Below are positions 1 to 8,207 of a stretch of DNA of 46,362 nt, in pieces. Below the pieces are notes generated by a model. The model had not been told where the DNA came from. It saw nothing but the letters and a program-made list of their open reading frames with translations, and ran no database searches. This stretch comes from a virus (lineage: Duplodnaviria; Caudoviricetes). The stretch is taken from positions 1-46,362 of IMG/VR virus record IMGVR_UViG_3300022217_000001; one strand, given 5' to 3'. The translations under genes were made by a program, and so were the position numbers. Numbering within the stretch: position 1 is the first letter of the stretch; each line of letters opens with the position of its first letter.

Positions 1-50
1 CAATATAAGTAGAATTGCAGTAGGCAGCTTCCAATCACCATCATGAATTA
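1..50. repeat. Terminal direct repeat (circular assembly overlap), copy 1
   Basis: Identical to 46313-46362. Confidence 0.97.
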
Positions 51-117
51 TCCATAGCAATGCAAACCCTGGTGTACCGAATAATATAAATAAAAACCAT
101 GTTAAAAATCTATCCAT
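1..117 (-). CDS. 50-aa two-TM membrane protein spanning the circular junction (117->1, continuing 46312->46277)
   Basis: Manual translation MDRFLTWFLFILFGTPGFALLWIIHDGDWKLPTAILLILIANNIKNERGD*; GAGGGG RBS upstream. Confidence 0.7.
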   Translation of the reverse strand, partial: MDRFLTWFLFILFGTPGFALLWIIHDGDWKLPTAILLIL

Positions 118-120
118 TAC

Positions 121-405
121 TCACCCCTCTTTTAATTTTAATATCCCGCCTGAAGGAAGGTTCAATCCGCCTGAGCCTATCCCTAACGTTGAAAGTGTTT
201 CGCTTACAATATCATCCAATGTTGCCGGACGTGAGACTTTGCCGGTGCCTTCGCAATTTTCACATGCGATACCTATTATTATATTTCTATCTTTGTGTTC
301 AATATATCCTGCTCCACTACATTCCCTGCAGTCTTCTATTATTTCCACTTGTGATATGTCAGGGAGATTTCTTTCACAGAATGGACACTCTCTAATCTCT
401 TTCAT
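121..405 (-). CDS. DnaJ-type CxxCxGxG zinc-finger protein
   Basis: CPFC, CRECSGAG and CENCEGTG motifs; GAGGGGAG RBS before MKEIRE. Confidence 0.7.
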   Translation of the reverse strand: MKEIRECPFCERNLPDISQVEIIEDCRECSGAGYIEHKDRNIIIGIACENCEGTGKVSRPATLDDIVSETLSTLGIGSGGLNLPSGGILKLKEG

Positions 406-590
406 TACTTCTCCCCTCAAGATCCGCAGCACATGAATTACAAAAATCAATACCAACTCCAGTTACATCGTTACCATCCCAATAACAACGATATTTTTTG
501 CCGCATCCCGGACAAGTAAACGCTGGTTTCAGTCGCCAAAATGTAGGACAGTGAAATAATTTATGCCACCACCTTTTTAAAAAGCTCTTT

Positions 591-863
591 TTATTTATAG
601 AAATTATTCCAAAACTTGAACCATGGAGTCATATCTTTCTTGAGGCTTGTGCCATAATACACACACTCAGGGTATTTTTTCATGAAACCAAGAGTAACTT
701 TTATCTTTTCGACTTCTATGCTTCCACAATGGTCTGTTATTTTATCGCCAATTTTTACATTACTATTTGAGAAAGCATACTCTCTTTTGAGTGCTAAATT
801 TTCATTCTCAAACTTTAATCTTATTTTCTGGAGCCTTTCATCATATTCTTTCTTATCCATCAT
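591..863 (-). CDS. Hypothetical phage protein
   Basis: ORF with AGGGG RBS before MMDKKEY. Confidence 0.6.
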   Translation of the reverse strand: MMDKKEYDERLQKIRLKFENENLALKREYAFSNSNVKIGDKITDHCGSIEVEKIKVTLGFMKKYPECVYYGTSLKKDMTPWFKFWNNFYK

Positions 864-882
864 CTTTCCCCTTTCCGTGTGT

Positions 883-1164
883 CTACCATGATTGATATTG
901 GCTATAAAATGGCTCGTAATAAATACCAGTAGTAGCTCCGGCACCGTCAAATTCAACCACTTTCCTAAACAATACCTCATAAGTTACTTCATGTTTAAAG
1001 TCATTATCGCTAATATATTCTTCGGAAGCTTCCTCTATATAACTAATTTCTTCAAAATCTGCTTGAAAATTTACCGGCTTAAAACTAACTGAGACTTCTT
1101 CTTTGGTATCGCATCCAGCCTCAACATAAAAATAAATTAAAACTATATTACTTATCTGCATCAC
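883..1164 (-). CDS. Acidic hypothetical protein
   Basis: ORF with GGGGAG RBS; Glu/Asp-rich. Confidence 0.6.
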   Translation of the reverse strand: MMQISNIVLIYFYVEAGCDTKEEVSVSFKPVNFQADFEEISYIEEASEEYISDNDFKHEVTYEVLFRKVVEFDGAGATTGIYYEPFYSQYQSW

Positions 1165-1170
1165 TCTCCC

Positions 1171-1380
1171 CTATTTATGGTTTATAATATACTTCTCTAA
1201 TAAGTTTTTATCCAACAGCCACAATAAAGTCTTTACATGTTGTCTAGCGATAGCCGGGGACTTTTGTTCTCCCCGCTCCCATTTAACCCATGTCTGTAAA
1301 TGTATTCCGCATAAGTCAGCCATTTTCTGCTGAGTGAGGCCTAATGTTAGTCGGGCTTCTTTGAAGTCATTATTTTTCAC
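1171..1380 (-). CDS. XRE-family HTH regulator (Aca-like position)
   Basis: FKEARLTLGLTQQKMADLCGIHLQTWVKWERGE HTH pattern. Confidence 0.85.
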   Translation of the reverse strand: MKNNDFKEARLTLGLTQQKMADLCGIHLQTWVKWERGEQKSPAIARQHVKTLLWLLDKNLLEKYIINHK

Positions 1381-1447
1381 CCCACTACCCACAGCACTGA
1401 TCTATCTAAGTCCTTAATTGATTTCATAACCTTAACTCCTTCCCCTC

Positions 1448-1774
1448 TTAAGATTTTGGGGTGCCAAAACTAGAACCCCTGTTTTTTTGAGATTGAATAG
1501 ATGCGTAACTAGCAAGTATATTTCTTTCGTTCCCTTCTATCGGGATTTCATTTATTTTTTCCTCATTGTTATTTTCATCCCTTTTATAAATTACTAATTT
1601 ATTACCCTCTTTTCTGGCAATGTTAGCCCCTGCATATTGAATGATATCCCCATTAGGGATAGCATCTATTCCATCATTTATCACTTGCTCAATTACTTTT
1701 TCCGAAAAATCAAAACCAGGCTTTGATTTTAATCTTTCGCTTACCTCTTTTATCAGTTCTTTTTTGTTTATCAT
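1448..1774 (-). CDS. Hypothetical protein, first gene of a promoter-driven moron
   Basis: AGGAGG RBS; directly downstream of a perfect sigma-70 promoter. Confidence 0.7.
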   Translation of the reverse strand: MINKKELIKEVSERLKSKPGFDFSEKVIEQVINDGIDAIPNGDIIQYAGANIARKEGNKLVIYKRDENNNEEKINEIPIEGNERNILASYASIQSQKNRGSSFGTPKS

Positions 1775-1819
1775 CTCTATACCTCCTGTTAGTTTGTTTT
1801 CCCTTACCTCTTGATTATA

Positions 1820-1848
1820 ATTATACCTAACAGGTTAGATGGTGTCAA
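1820..1848 (-). promoter_or_regulatory. Consensus sigma-70 promoter with a palindromic operator in the spacer
   Basis: TTGACA-17nt-TATAAT; CTAAC-NN-GTTAG at 1827-1838; A-rich UP region. Confidence 0.9.
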
Positions 1849-1873
1849 CAAGAAAATGCACTTTTTTTATTTT

Positions 1874-2095
1874 TTATTTATGGTTTATATAACAGCCCTC
1901 TGTACCTAATTTACACTTAACAAACATTCTATCTTTGTTTATCCGGCAGTCAGGACGGTGTATTTTTAACCAGGTCTTGCCGCCTCTTTTTAAATCAGGG
2001 CGTTTACCTTTTTTAGGCCTCTTACCGCCTTTTACCTTTTCAGGGTTCTTAAACTCATAGCTGCATTTAGGGCATTTAATCATTTTTCTTGTCAA
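1874..2095 (-). CDS. Small basic zinc-ribbon protein, probably DNA-binding
   Basis: CPKC followed by Lys/Gly-rich KGGK repeats. Confidence 0.6.
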   Translation of the reverse strand: MTRKMIKCPKCSYEFKNPEKVKGGKRPKKGKRPDLKRGGKTWLKIHRPDCRINKDRMFVKCKLGTEGCYINHK

Positions 2096-2127
2096 ACCTT
2101 TCCCATCACTTTAATTGATTTTCTATA

Positions 2128-2156
2128 ATTATTACATAACTACTTAAGTAATGCAA
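2128..2156 (-). promoter_or_regulatory. Putative sigma-70 promoter with a TACTTAAGTA palindrome
   Basis: TTGCAT-17-AATAAT; perfect 10-bp palindrome at 2141-2150. Confidence 0.5.
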
Positions 2157-2178
2157 GGACTATTTTAAGCATACCCCA

Positions 2179-2418
2179 TCAATCACCCTCACTGACAATT
2201 CCCCTGCCGCACTCATCAACCCTTGCTCCCTGCTTCAACCACTTTTGAAACACAGGCCAAAAACTGCTATTCTCACTCCACGAATTATCGTTAACCGTTT
2301 CACCATCGGCATATAAACGCATTGGCCCGCAATAACTGTGCATCTCAAACGTATGATATATCTTGCCAACTCTTAACCTGATAACTGGTGATGCTACAGC
2401 TAAATGTATTAAAGTCAT
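2179..2418 (-). CDS. Hypothetical phage protein
   Basis: ORF with GAGG RBS. Confidence 0.55.
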   Translation of the reverse strand: MTLIHLAVASPVIRLRVGKIYHTFEMHSYCGPMRLYADGETVNDNSWSENSSFWPVFQKWLKQGARVDECGRGIVSEGD

Positions 2419-2483
2419 TCCATTGCCTCTCTTATTAGTCAAAACCAATTATCTCCTCAATCACCCTTTCTTTATTCCCATAG

Positions 2484-2972
2484 CTAACCTAAAAGCCCTC
2501 TAAATTGCGGCTCTCTCAATTCAATCTGATTATTTATACAATATCTTTGCATCTCAGTTAAATATTCTGCCATTTGCGATACTGTGAATTTTTCAGTTGA
2601 TACATGATTATCTACAAAATAGAGCATTCTTTCTCCTCTATCCTCCAGAAAACTACACCTCGTTTGCCATCCGTACCATAAATCAGCAAAAAAATCATCA
2701 TCACGCTTAAATATAGGCACTCCAAAACGATATTTACTGATAAGATGAACACCCTCTTTTGTGTCACAATATTTGTCACCTTTCCCTGAGTTGGCTATAT
2801 CTTCATACCACATCCATTGCAACCCCCTTTGACGGTCTGACTTTGTTCCTATACCAGATATCACAATCTTTAATTTATGTTCTGGCAATATATCCATGAT
2901 TCGGCTAACGGCTTTTTTAATAGCCTGTAAAGAGTCCAGATAGATTGTTTCAGCTTTCACCCTAACCTCCAT
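2484..2972 (-). CDS. NinB/YbcN-like recombination protein
   Basis: KSDRQRGLQWMW and STEKFTVSQMAEYLTEM motifs. Confidence 0.7.
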   Translation of the reverse strand: MEVRVKAETIYLDSLQAIKKAVSRIMDILPEHKLKIVISGIGTKSDRQRGLQWMWYEDIANSGKGDKYCDTKEGVHLISKYRFGVPIFKRDDDFFADLWYGWQTRCSFLEDRGERMLYFVDNHVSTEKFTVSQMAEYLTEMQRYCINNQIELREPQFRGLLG

Positions 2973-3038
2973 ATTGATTTTTTATTTAAACGGATCAAAA
3001 ACGATATACGGGCCTTCTCTGTGTGTATTATGAATGTC

Positions 3039-3515
3039 TTAGTCATAATTAAAACCTCTCTGGCCCAACCATTCAAGCTCATCAATACTTTTTATCGTGA
3101 ATACTCTCGGTTTAATGGTGACGATAATATCTTCATTTTTAATGTCAGAATTTAAATAATATTTCGGAATTAATTTCCAATCCCTACCTGTTGCATGGAT
3201 TGAAAGTACTGGACTAGCTTCTATAGGAATTTTTTTTCTTTTAAGTTCATTGAACAAGCAATCTCTTGGCCCCCTTGCATCATTGTCCCAGTCAATTGAG
3301 TACTTACCATCGTCATATTTTTTTATGCTATATAGATCAGACGCCCTAATTTTTATACCCTTCTTGCGTCTACTGCTTACTCTTGTTATTTCACAATCAA
3401 TAAATATTGTATCGTAAATATCGGCTGTTTCCGACCCATCTTCAGGCAAGTCATCTAAAGCATAGTCCATAATTGTCAAGCCATAATCACCAACCCTGTA
3501 ATATATTCCACCCAT
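3039..3515 (-). CDS. Hypothetical protein
   Basis: ORF with GAGGGAG RBS. Confidence 0.6.
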   Translation of the reverse strand: MGGIYYRVGDYGLTIMDYALDDLPEDGSETADIYDTIFIDCEITRVSSRRKKGIKIRASDLYSIKKYDDGKYSIDWDNDARGPRDCLFNELKRKKIPIEASPVLSIHATGRDWKLIPKYYLNSDIKNEDIIVTIKPRVFTIKSIDELEWLGQRGFNYD

Positions 3516-3516
3516 T

Positions 3517-3711
3517 TTATTCTCCCTCGTTAGATTTCCTCAACATGTAGGCTCTTTGTATCATGCTGTTTAAAAGTGTTGCGCTCATGTCAAAGTCAGG
3601 TTCGCCAATTGGTGAGCCCTTCCAGATTAAAACTCTGTCGTTTACTAATTGAATTGTATAATTATCTAGTTCGAATGTTATTGAATTTATATCTTCCATA
3701 TTTATCCCCAT
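3517..3711 (-). CDS. Hypothetical protein
   Basis: ORF coupled to the upstream gene. Confidence 0.5.
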   Translation of the reverse strand: MGINMEDINSITFELDNYTIQLVNDRVLIWKGSPIGEPDFDMSATLLNSMIQRAYMLRKSNEGE

Positions 3712-4292
3712 TGATTAGCCATTGCGTCAGCTATACCTTGAAACGTTCTGCTTCTAACTTTTGTTCTTTCTGCTGCTGGCAACTTATATGCGTCGGCATA
3801 CCATTTAGGCATTGTCTTGCCACTATTGTATTTAAGTTGCTCTCCTTCATCTACTATTTTAGTAGGACTTAGCAAAGGCAATGATTTCAGCCATAAACAT
3901 GTTTTTTTCTTGAAAGGATCTCCAAATTGGTATGGTTGTATTATTTGATCTGGCTTGCGCCATACTGTAGACATTATCCCAACAGGATTTTCAATTGCTA
4001 TTTTATCGCATTTAGCATTTACTACTCTCATAAAAAAATCTATACCTTGTTGTTGTCTGCCATCTTTTCTTTTTTGCTCAAACCATGCAGCCCCACTAAC
4101 CGCTAAATGAGTACACGGTACATGAGCTATCATCAAATCAAAACCGTCGTTAATAATATCGAAAACATCTCCCTGATAATGCGGCCCCGGTCTCTCTGTT
4201 GGCAGCAAATCACAACTCATAGCATCATGACCTTTTGCTATAAAAGCATCCCTTACTATTCCGCTAAATTCACAAGCAATTAACACTTCCAT
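3702..4292 (-). CDS. Phage DNA cytosine methyltransferase-like protein
   Basis: VLIACEFSG, DLMIAHVPC, IENPVG, KKTCLWL, RSRTFQGIADAMANQWG. Confidence 0.8.
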   Translation of the reverse strand: MEVLIACEFSGIVRDAFIAKGHDAMSCDLLPTERPGPHYQGDVFDIINDGFDLMIAHVPCTHLAVSGAAWFEQKRKDGRQQQGIDFFMRVVNAKCDKIAIENPVGIMSTVWRKPDQIIQPYQFGDPFKKKTCLWLKSLPLLSPTKIVDEGEQLKYNSGKTMPKWYADAYKLPAAERTKVRSRTFQGIADAMANQWG

Positions 4293-4295
4293 TAT

Positions 4296-4664
4296 CTAAT
4301 CCCCTTCTAAGTAACTTTCAATTATTGCCTTAGCATCATCGTATCCTGCCGCCCACACTGCTAAATATCCCTTATCGCTCATATCACTAAGAAACGCTCT
4401 TTGGTCAGTAGTAACACTGCACCATGTCTTGCCTTTGTCTTTCATCTCAATAAATAAACCATGATACTTGTGATTTGGCGCCGCCAGAAATAAATCAGCA
4501 ACCCCATTTGTCATACCCTCCGATTTATACTTGTTAATAAGAGCAAATTTTTCCCCACCGCTTCCAGCAATCCATTGACCATTGGGTATAGCAAATAACC
4601 ATAACCCAGGATATTTAAAATTAAACCACGATATTAATGCTGCCTGTTCTGTTGATTCACTCAT
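4296..4664 (-). CDS. VRR-NUC domain nuclease
   Basis: ESTEQ...FAIPNG...GVADL...GLFIEMK...Q. Confidence 0.85.
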   Translation of the reverse strand: MSESTEQAALISWFNFKYPGLWLFAIPNGQWIAGSGGEKFALINKYKSEGMTNGVADLFLAAPNHKYHGLFIEMKDKGKTWCSVTTDQRAFLSDMSDKGYLAVWAAGYDDAKAIIESYLEGD

Positions 4665-4989
4665 ACCGTAACCCCCTCTCTATTTCGTCCAGATCAACCT
4701 TTAACCTCTCACTCTCCAGCCTCATAATTTCCGCTTTTTCTTCTCCAACTCGATCGAGCCACCACTCCTTAAAATCTTTAGGATGTACCTCAGCCCAGTT
4801 GTGGCACTTTTTACAAAGCAAAATACATGCTGCTATCATCCAGCGAGTCCCAAACTTATCCCGTTTATAAGCGTGGTGAACTTCCAAAGGATAGAAGCTG
4901 CCGTCGTGTGAACATTTTTGACAAATTTTATCCCGGTCCTGTACGAGTTTTCTTAATTTATTGTCCATGCGTTTTATTTGTGGTTTCAC
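4657..4989 (-). CDS. NinG/HNH-type endonuclease
   Basis: RDKICQKC...EVHH...LCKKCH. Confidence 0.75.
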   Translation of the reverse strand: MKPQIKRMDNKLRKLVQDRDKICQKCSHDGSFYPLEVHHAYKRDKFGTRWMIAACILLCKKCHNWAEVHPKDFKEWWLDRVGEEKAEIMRLESERLKVDLDEIERGLRYE

Positions 4990-4998
4990 TCTCTCCCT

Positions 4999-5046
4999 CC
5001 CTAACTACCAATACAGCGGACTACGCCGCTGATTTAATTGTTAGGC
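4999..5046 (+). repeat. attC-like site A (48 bp)
   Basis: CCCTAAC-TACCA-ATACAGCGGAC-TAC-GCCGCTGAT-TTAATT-GTTAGGC; near-identical inverted copy at 11979-12026. Confidence 0.75.
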
Positions 5047-5391
5047 TGATGTTGCCTCAATAAGCTCATTGGCATCAACAATAAAACTCTTGTAATCGCG
5101 GCCAATAGCACTTTTGCTGTTGCATTTAAAATATTTTTTTCTATCAGGATCGTTCGGCAATATAAACCATGTACAATCCTCTATATCAGCAAATCGGCTT
5201 AATCCATCGCTTAACAAAGCTTTATGCCATTTAGCTGCACAATCTACCGCATTCATAGCACGGGTTCTTGCTGTTAAATACTGTTTGTTTCTGGCAGCTA
5301 ATTCCGAATCCTGTAAGTGCGTCAAGATTTCATCATACGCCTTTTTATGCAAATCATGATTTTTATCGCGTTTATCCGTCTTTGTTTTCAT
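5041..5391 (-). CDS. Hypothetical protein whose stop codon lies in the attC-like core
   Basis: GGAGGGAG RBS; TAA stop within GCCTAAC. Confidence 0.65.
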   Translation of the reverse strand: MKTKTDKRDKNHDLHKKAYDEILTHLQDSELAARNKQYLTARTRAMNAVDCAAKWHKALLSDGLSRFADIEDCTWFILPNDPDRKKYFKCNSKSAIGRDYKSFIVDANELIEATSA

Positions 5392-5413
5392 TCTCTCCCT
5401 CCTTATTTATCAA

Positions 5414-5563
5414 TTATCCGCATGCACAACCACAAAAATATTGCATGCATTTTTTACACCACGTGCATTTTCCGTCTGTAACAATATTTCCTCCACAAGA
5501 ATGAATTTCAACAAACCTCTCGTCGTTTGAAATCTCCTGCTCATTTCTTTCATTTTCTGTCAT
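5414..5563 (-). CDS. 49-aa Cys-rich zinc-ribbon peptide
   Basis: Manual translation MTENERNEQEISNDERFVEIHSCGGNIVTDGKCTWCKKCMQYFCGCACG; GGAGG RBS. Confidence 0.6.
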   Translation of the reverse strand: MTENERNEQEISNDERFVEIHSCGGNIVTDGKCTWCKKCMQYFCGCACG

Positions 5564-5601
5564 ATCCCTCCTTTACTTACCTCTGTGACTCTCCCTATGA
5601 C

Positions 5602-6102
5602 CTATTTTTTTAATCTTTCAAATATCTGGTATATAAATTCAATAGCCCATTTCGGCAGCTTTATCTTATCCTTATTATTTTCATAATATTCTTGTGCTGT
5701 ATCTCCAAACTTATAACCCATAGCCATCCAATCAACAACCATATGGACACAATGAACTTCTCCCTCGTAAGGATTGTAGTAATCCCTACTTGCCCAATTT
5801 TCCCAATGATGAGGATTGTTTTTCTTGTGGTGCTCCCATGCTTCAGACATATCATATTTAGATTCACCTTTAATCGGATAAAATGACTTTCTATATTGTA
5901 TAAATTCTTGTTCTGATAATTTTGAAATGTCATGTGATTTCACTTCCGCGTCAATTAACCAAAAAACATAATCATCCCACATAAAACGCATATCTTTGCA
6001 ATTGTCTTGTAATTCCCTCCACGCTTTATCGACATTACTTATATGCTCTTCTAGATAATCTAAATACTTTCTTGTCTTGTATATTAATTCTAAAGCTTTC
6101 AT
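5602..6102 (-). CDS. HD-fold protein, DUF5662-like
   Basis: HDISK, WEHHKKNNPHHWE, HMVVDWMAM. Confidence 0.75.
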   Translation of the reverse strand: MKALELIYKTRKYLDYLEEHISNVDKAWRELQDNCKDMRFMWDDYVFWLIDAEVKSHDISKLSEQEFIQYRKSFYPIKGESKYDMSEAWEHHKKNNPHHWENWASRDYYNPYEGEVHCVHMVVDWMAMGYKFGDTAQEYYENNKDKIKLPKWAIEFIYQIFERLKK

Positions 6103-6126
6103 ATCCCTCCTCTATGACTCTCCCGG

Positions 6127-6294
6127 TTAAATATTAATATAATCTGTGATAATTTTAATTTTAGAAGAATACTCCTCGGCACTCATTGGGCCTTTAAATA
6201 AAAGTCTCTTAGCTCTTTCATATTCCAACATTGACCGGCTGTTCTTAGTTACCTTGTGCCTTCTGAGTTCGTTTATTACTTCCTGTTCATTCAT
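6127..6294 (-). CDS. 55-aa hypothetical protein
   Basis: Manual translation MNEQEVINELRRHKV...; GAGG RBS; overlaps the upstream stop. Confidence 0.5.
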   Translation of the reverse strand: MNEQEVINELRRHKVTKNSRSMLEYERAKRLLFKGPMSAEEYSSKIKIITDYINI

Positions 6295-6796
6295 TTAAGT
6301 ACCTCACCGCTTCCCCGAATTCCATTCCTTGTGTCTTCATGACTATATCAATTGTGTCCCAAGTTTCATCACATACATAACAATGAGCAAAGTTCTTCCG
6401 GCAGTCCATAGAAGGGTTAGTGTCTTTGTGATTTATGCAAAGAGATTTGCCTTTTTGTACGTCTACAAGTTTCTCAATGGGATATTCTTTGGCAATCCTT
6501 ATCATGTCATCAGTTATTTTATTTTCTCTGTATTTAGAATTTAGAAGCTTATGATATCTAAGTAAATCGCTTTCCCATTTTTTAATATCCGTCAAAGCAA
6601 GAAATATCAATTCTCTTTCTGCTTTATTCAGCGTTGGTTTAATAAGATATTTAGAGAGGATTCTTTTCTGTGCCTCAATTCCCTGCAAACGTTCTTTAAC
6701 ATACTCTTTCTTTTTATGAATAGCCCAATCTATCGGCATGTTAAAATCTATTGCTTTACTTCTTATCTGCTCTATTGTCTGTATCATATTGACCAC
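6287..6796 (-). CDS. Stand-alone primase-type CHC2 zinc-finger protein
   Basis: CINHKDTNPS...AHCYVC...DTIDIVM...FGEAV; no TOPRIM domain. Confidence 0.8.
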   Translation of the reverse strand: MVNMIQTIEQIRSKAIDFNMPIDWAIHKKKEYVKERLQGIEAQKRILSKYLIKPTLNKAERELIFLALTDIKKWESDLLRYHKLLNSKYRENKITDDMIRIAKEYPIEKLVDVQKGKSLCINHKDTNPSMDCRKNFAHCYVCDETWDTIDIVMKTQGMEFGEAVRYLNE

Positions 6797-7584
6797 CTAT
6801 CTGTTTTTGTGTATTCCTGAAACAAACCTTTTACTTTTGTCACTTGAAATTTTTCATCCAAAGCCCCTGTCCTACGATGAAAGCACACTTTTACATTGCC
6901 GATATTCTTATCTTCGTTTGACCGCCACACTACAAAACTTGTATCTGTTTCAGCACTTATCATGCTTGAATCCCTCATGTCATAATCTGACGGCTCTAAA
7001 TAAGGATCAAGCTTGGTCATGTGACACATTAAAACTATGACTATTTCAAGCTCTATTGCCAGCAGCTTGAGAAATCTTATTACCTGCCCTATTTCAATGC
7101 TTACATTTCTTGATTTAGCAATATCAAACAGATAATGAAGATGGTCTATAAACACCACCTGAACCCCACATTTAGCTATTGCCTCTAATATTCTATCTCT
7201 CACCCAATCAAGAGAGTGCATTTTTAATTTATTAGGAAGAATAAAAAAAGGTAGGTTTCCTTCAAAGCGATTGAAAAATTGTTTGGGTGTAACTTCGTAA
7301 CTAAACCACATACAGACTTTATTTTGATTTTGCAGATTAACCGTCATAGTCTGGCTTAATAAAGTCTTACCTGATTTACGGGGGCCGCTTATTGCTATAA
7401 GTTCTCCCCCTTCCATCCCGTCACACGTTTTATCCAAGAATGGAATCCCAAATTTATAGATAGGTGGATCGGTTATTTTGGATAATTCCTCCAATTTGTC
7501 ATAAGAGCTTACAATTTTATCCTCACCTTTGTACTCTTTAAGTTCTATGAGTCTATCGACTAAATCAATATCTTTCATGCCCAC
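6784..7584 (-). CDS. DnaB-like helicase, C-terminal ATPase domain only
   Basis: GELIAISGPRKSGKT, FSYEV, VFIDHLH, LKLLAIEL, DMRDSSMI. Confidence 0.85.
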   Translation of the reverse strand: MGMKDIDLVDRLIELKEYKGEDKIVSSYDKLEELSKITDPPIYKFGIPFLDKTCDGMEGGELIAISGPRKSGKTLLSQTMTVNLQNQNKVCMWFSYEVTPKQFFNRFEGNLPFFILPNKLKMHSLDWVRDRILEAIAKCGVQVVFIDHLHYLFDIAKSRNVSIEIGQVIRFLKLLAIELEIVIVLMCHMTKLDPYLEPSDYDMRDSSMISAETDTSFVVWRSNEDKNIGNVKVCFHRRTGALDEKFQVTKVKGLFQEYTKTDRWSI

Positions 7585-8207
7585 AACCTTTCTTTCTTAG
7601 GTTTATATTCATCTTCCCAACCTTTAGCATTTAACCACGTTGCAGGATAGGGAATATATTCTCCTTCTTTATTTTCCCACTCCTGAGAATTCTTAGCTTT
7701 TTCTAATCCCTCCATAATGATAATAAACATCTCTTGTGTCGGCTTGATTTTTAACCAAGCTTTCTCAGCCTGACCCTTTGATTTTTTCTTAGGATATTCT
7801 TTCCAAAACACAAGAAATTTTTGCTCATATATATTTACTTTAGGATTAGGTTTAGGATTAGGATTTATAGTAGTGTCCCCTTCCTGTCCCCTTACCTGTC
7901 CCTTACCTGTCCCTATCGTGTCCTTTTCTTCGTCTAAGTTATTGATCTTTAACAATATCCGATGTCCCTTACCTGTCCCCTTCCTGTCCCCTAAGTGTCC
8001 CTTACCTGTCCCTATCTCTTTTATGAATTTACGCACCTTTTTACGGTTCCAAGTCCATAGTTTTGAGTATCCAGAGATGGTCCCTTCTTTGCCATTGTCA
8101 AGGTCTAAAGTGTAGCTAAACATCGCTTCAAGGAGCGTGTAGGGCCGTCCATGTGGCAGGAAATGAACAAGCTCTTTATGTAGGGCTATCCAGTTTCCGT
8201 GCTTCAT
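7575..8207 (-). CDS. Phage replication initiator (lambda O-like organisation)
   Basis: C-terminal FWKEYPKKKSK...YIPYPATWLN..GWEDE; internal iterons; upstream of the helicase. Confidence 0.8.
   Translation of the reverse strand: MKHGNWIALHKELVHFLPHGRPYTLLEAMFSYTLDLDNGKEGTISGYSKLWTWNRKKVRKFIKEIGTGKGHLGDRKGTGKGHRILLKINNLDEEKDTIGTGKGQVRGQEGDTTINPNPKPNPKVNIYEQKFLVFWKEYPKKKSKGQAEKAWLKIKPTQEMFIIIMEGLEKAKNSQEWENKEGEYIPYPATWLNAKGWEDEYKPKKERLWA
7874..8012. repeat. Replication-origin iterons: two blocks of five ~11-bp TGTCCC(C)TTACC-type repeats
   Basis: TGTCC at 7874, 7885, 7897, 7908, 7919 and 7963, 7974, 7985, 7996, 8007; AT-rich TTAGG(A/T) repeats adjacent at ~7840-7866. Confidence 0.8.

Noticed and set aside
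1-50. Terminal repeat as biological phage termini
   Set aside because: An exact 50-nt overlap falling in the middle of a gene is typical of assembler circularisation.
1448-1774. HU/IHF-like protein (MINKKELIKEVSE)
   Set aside because: Only the first helix resembles HU; the GFG.F and RNP.T motifs are absent.
7874-8012. Short periodic repeats as a CRISPR array
   Set aside because: 11-bp units without spacers inside the initiator gene fit iterons, and no cas genes are present.
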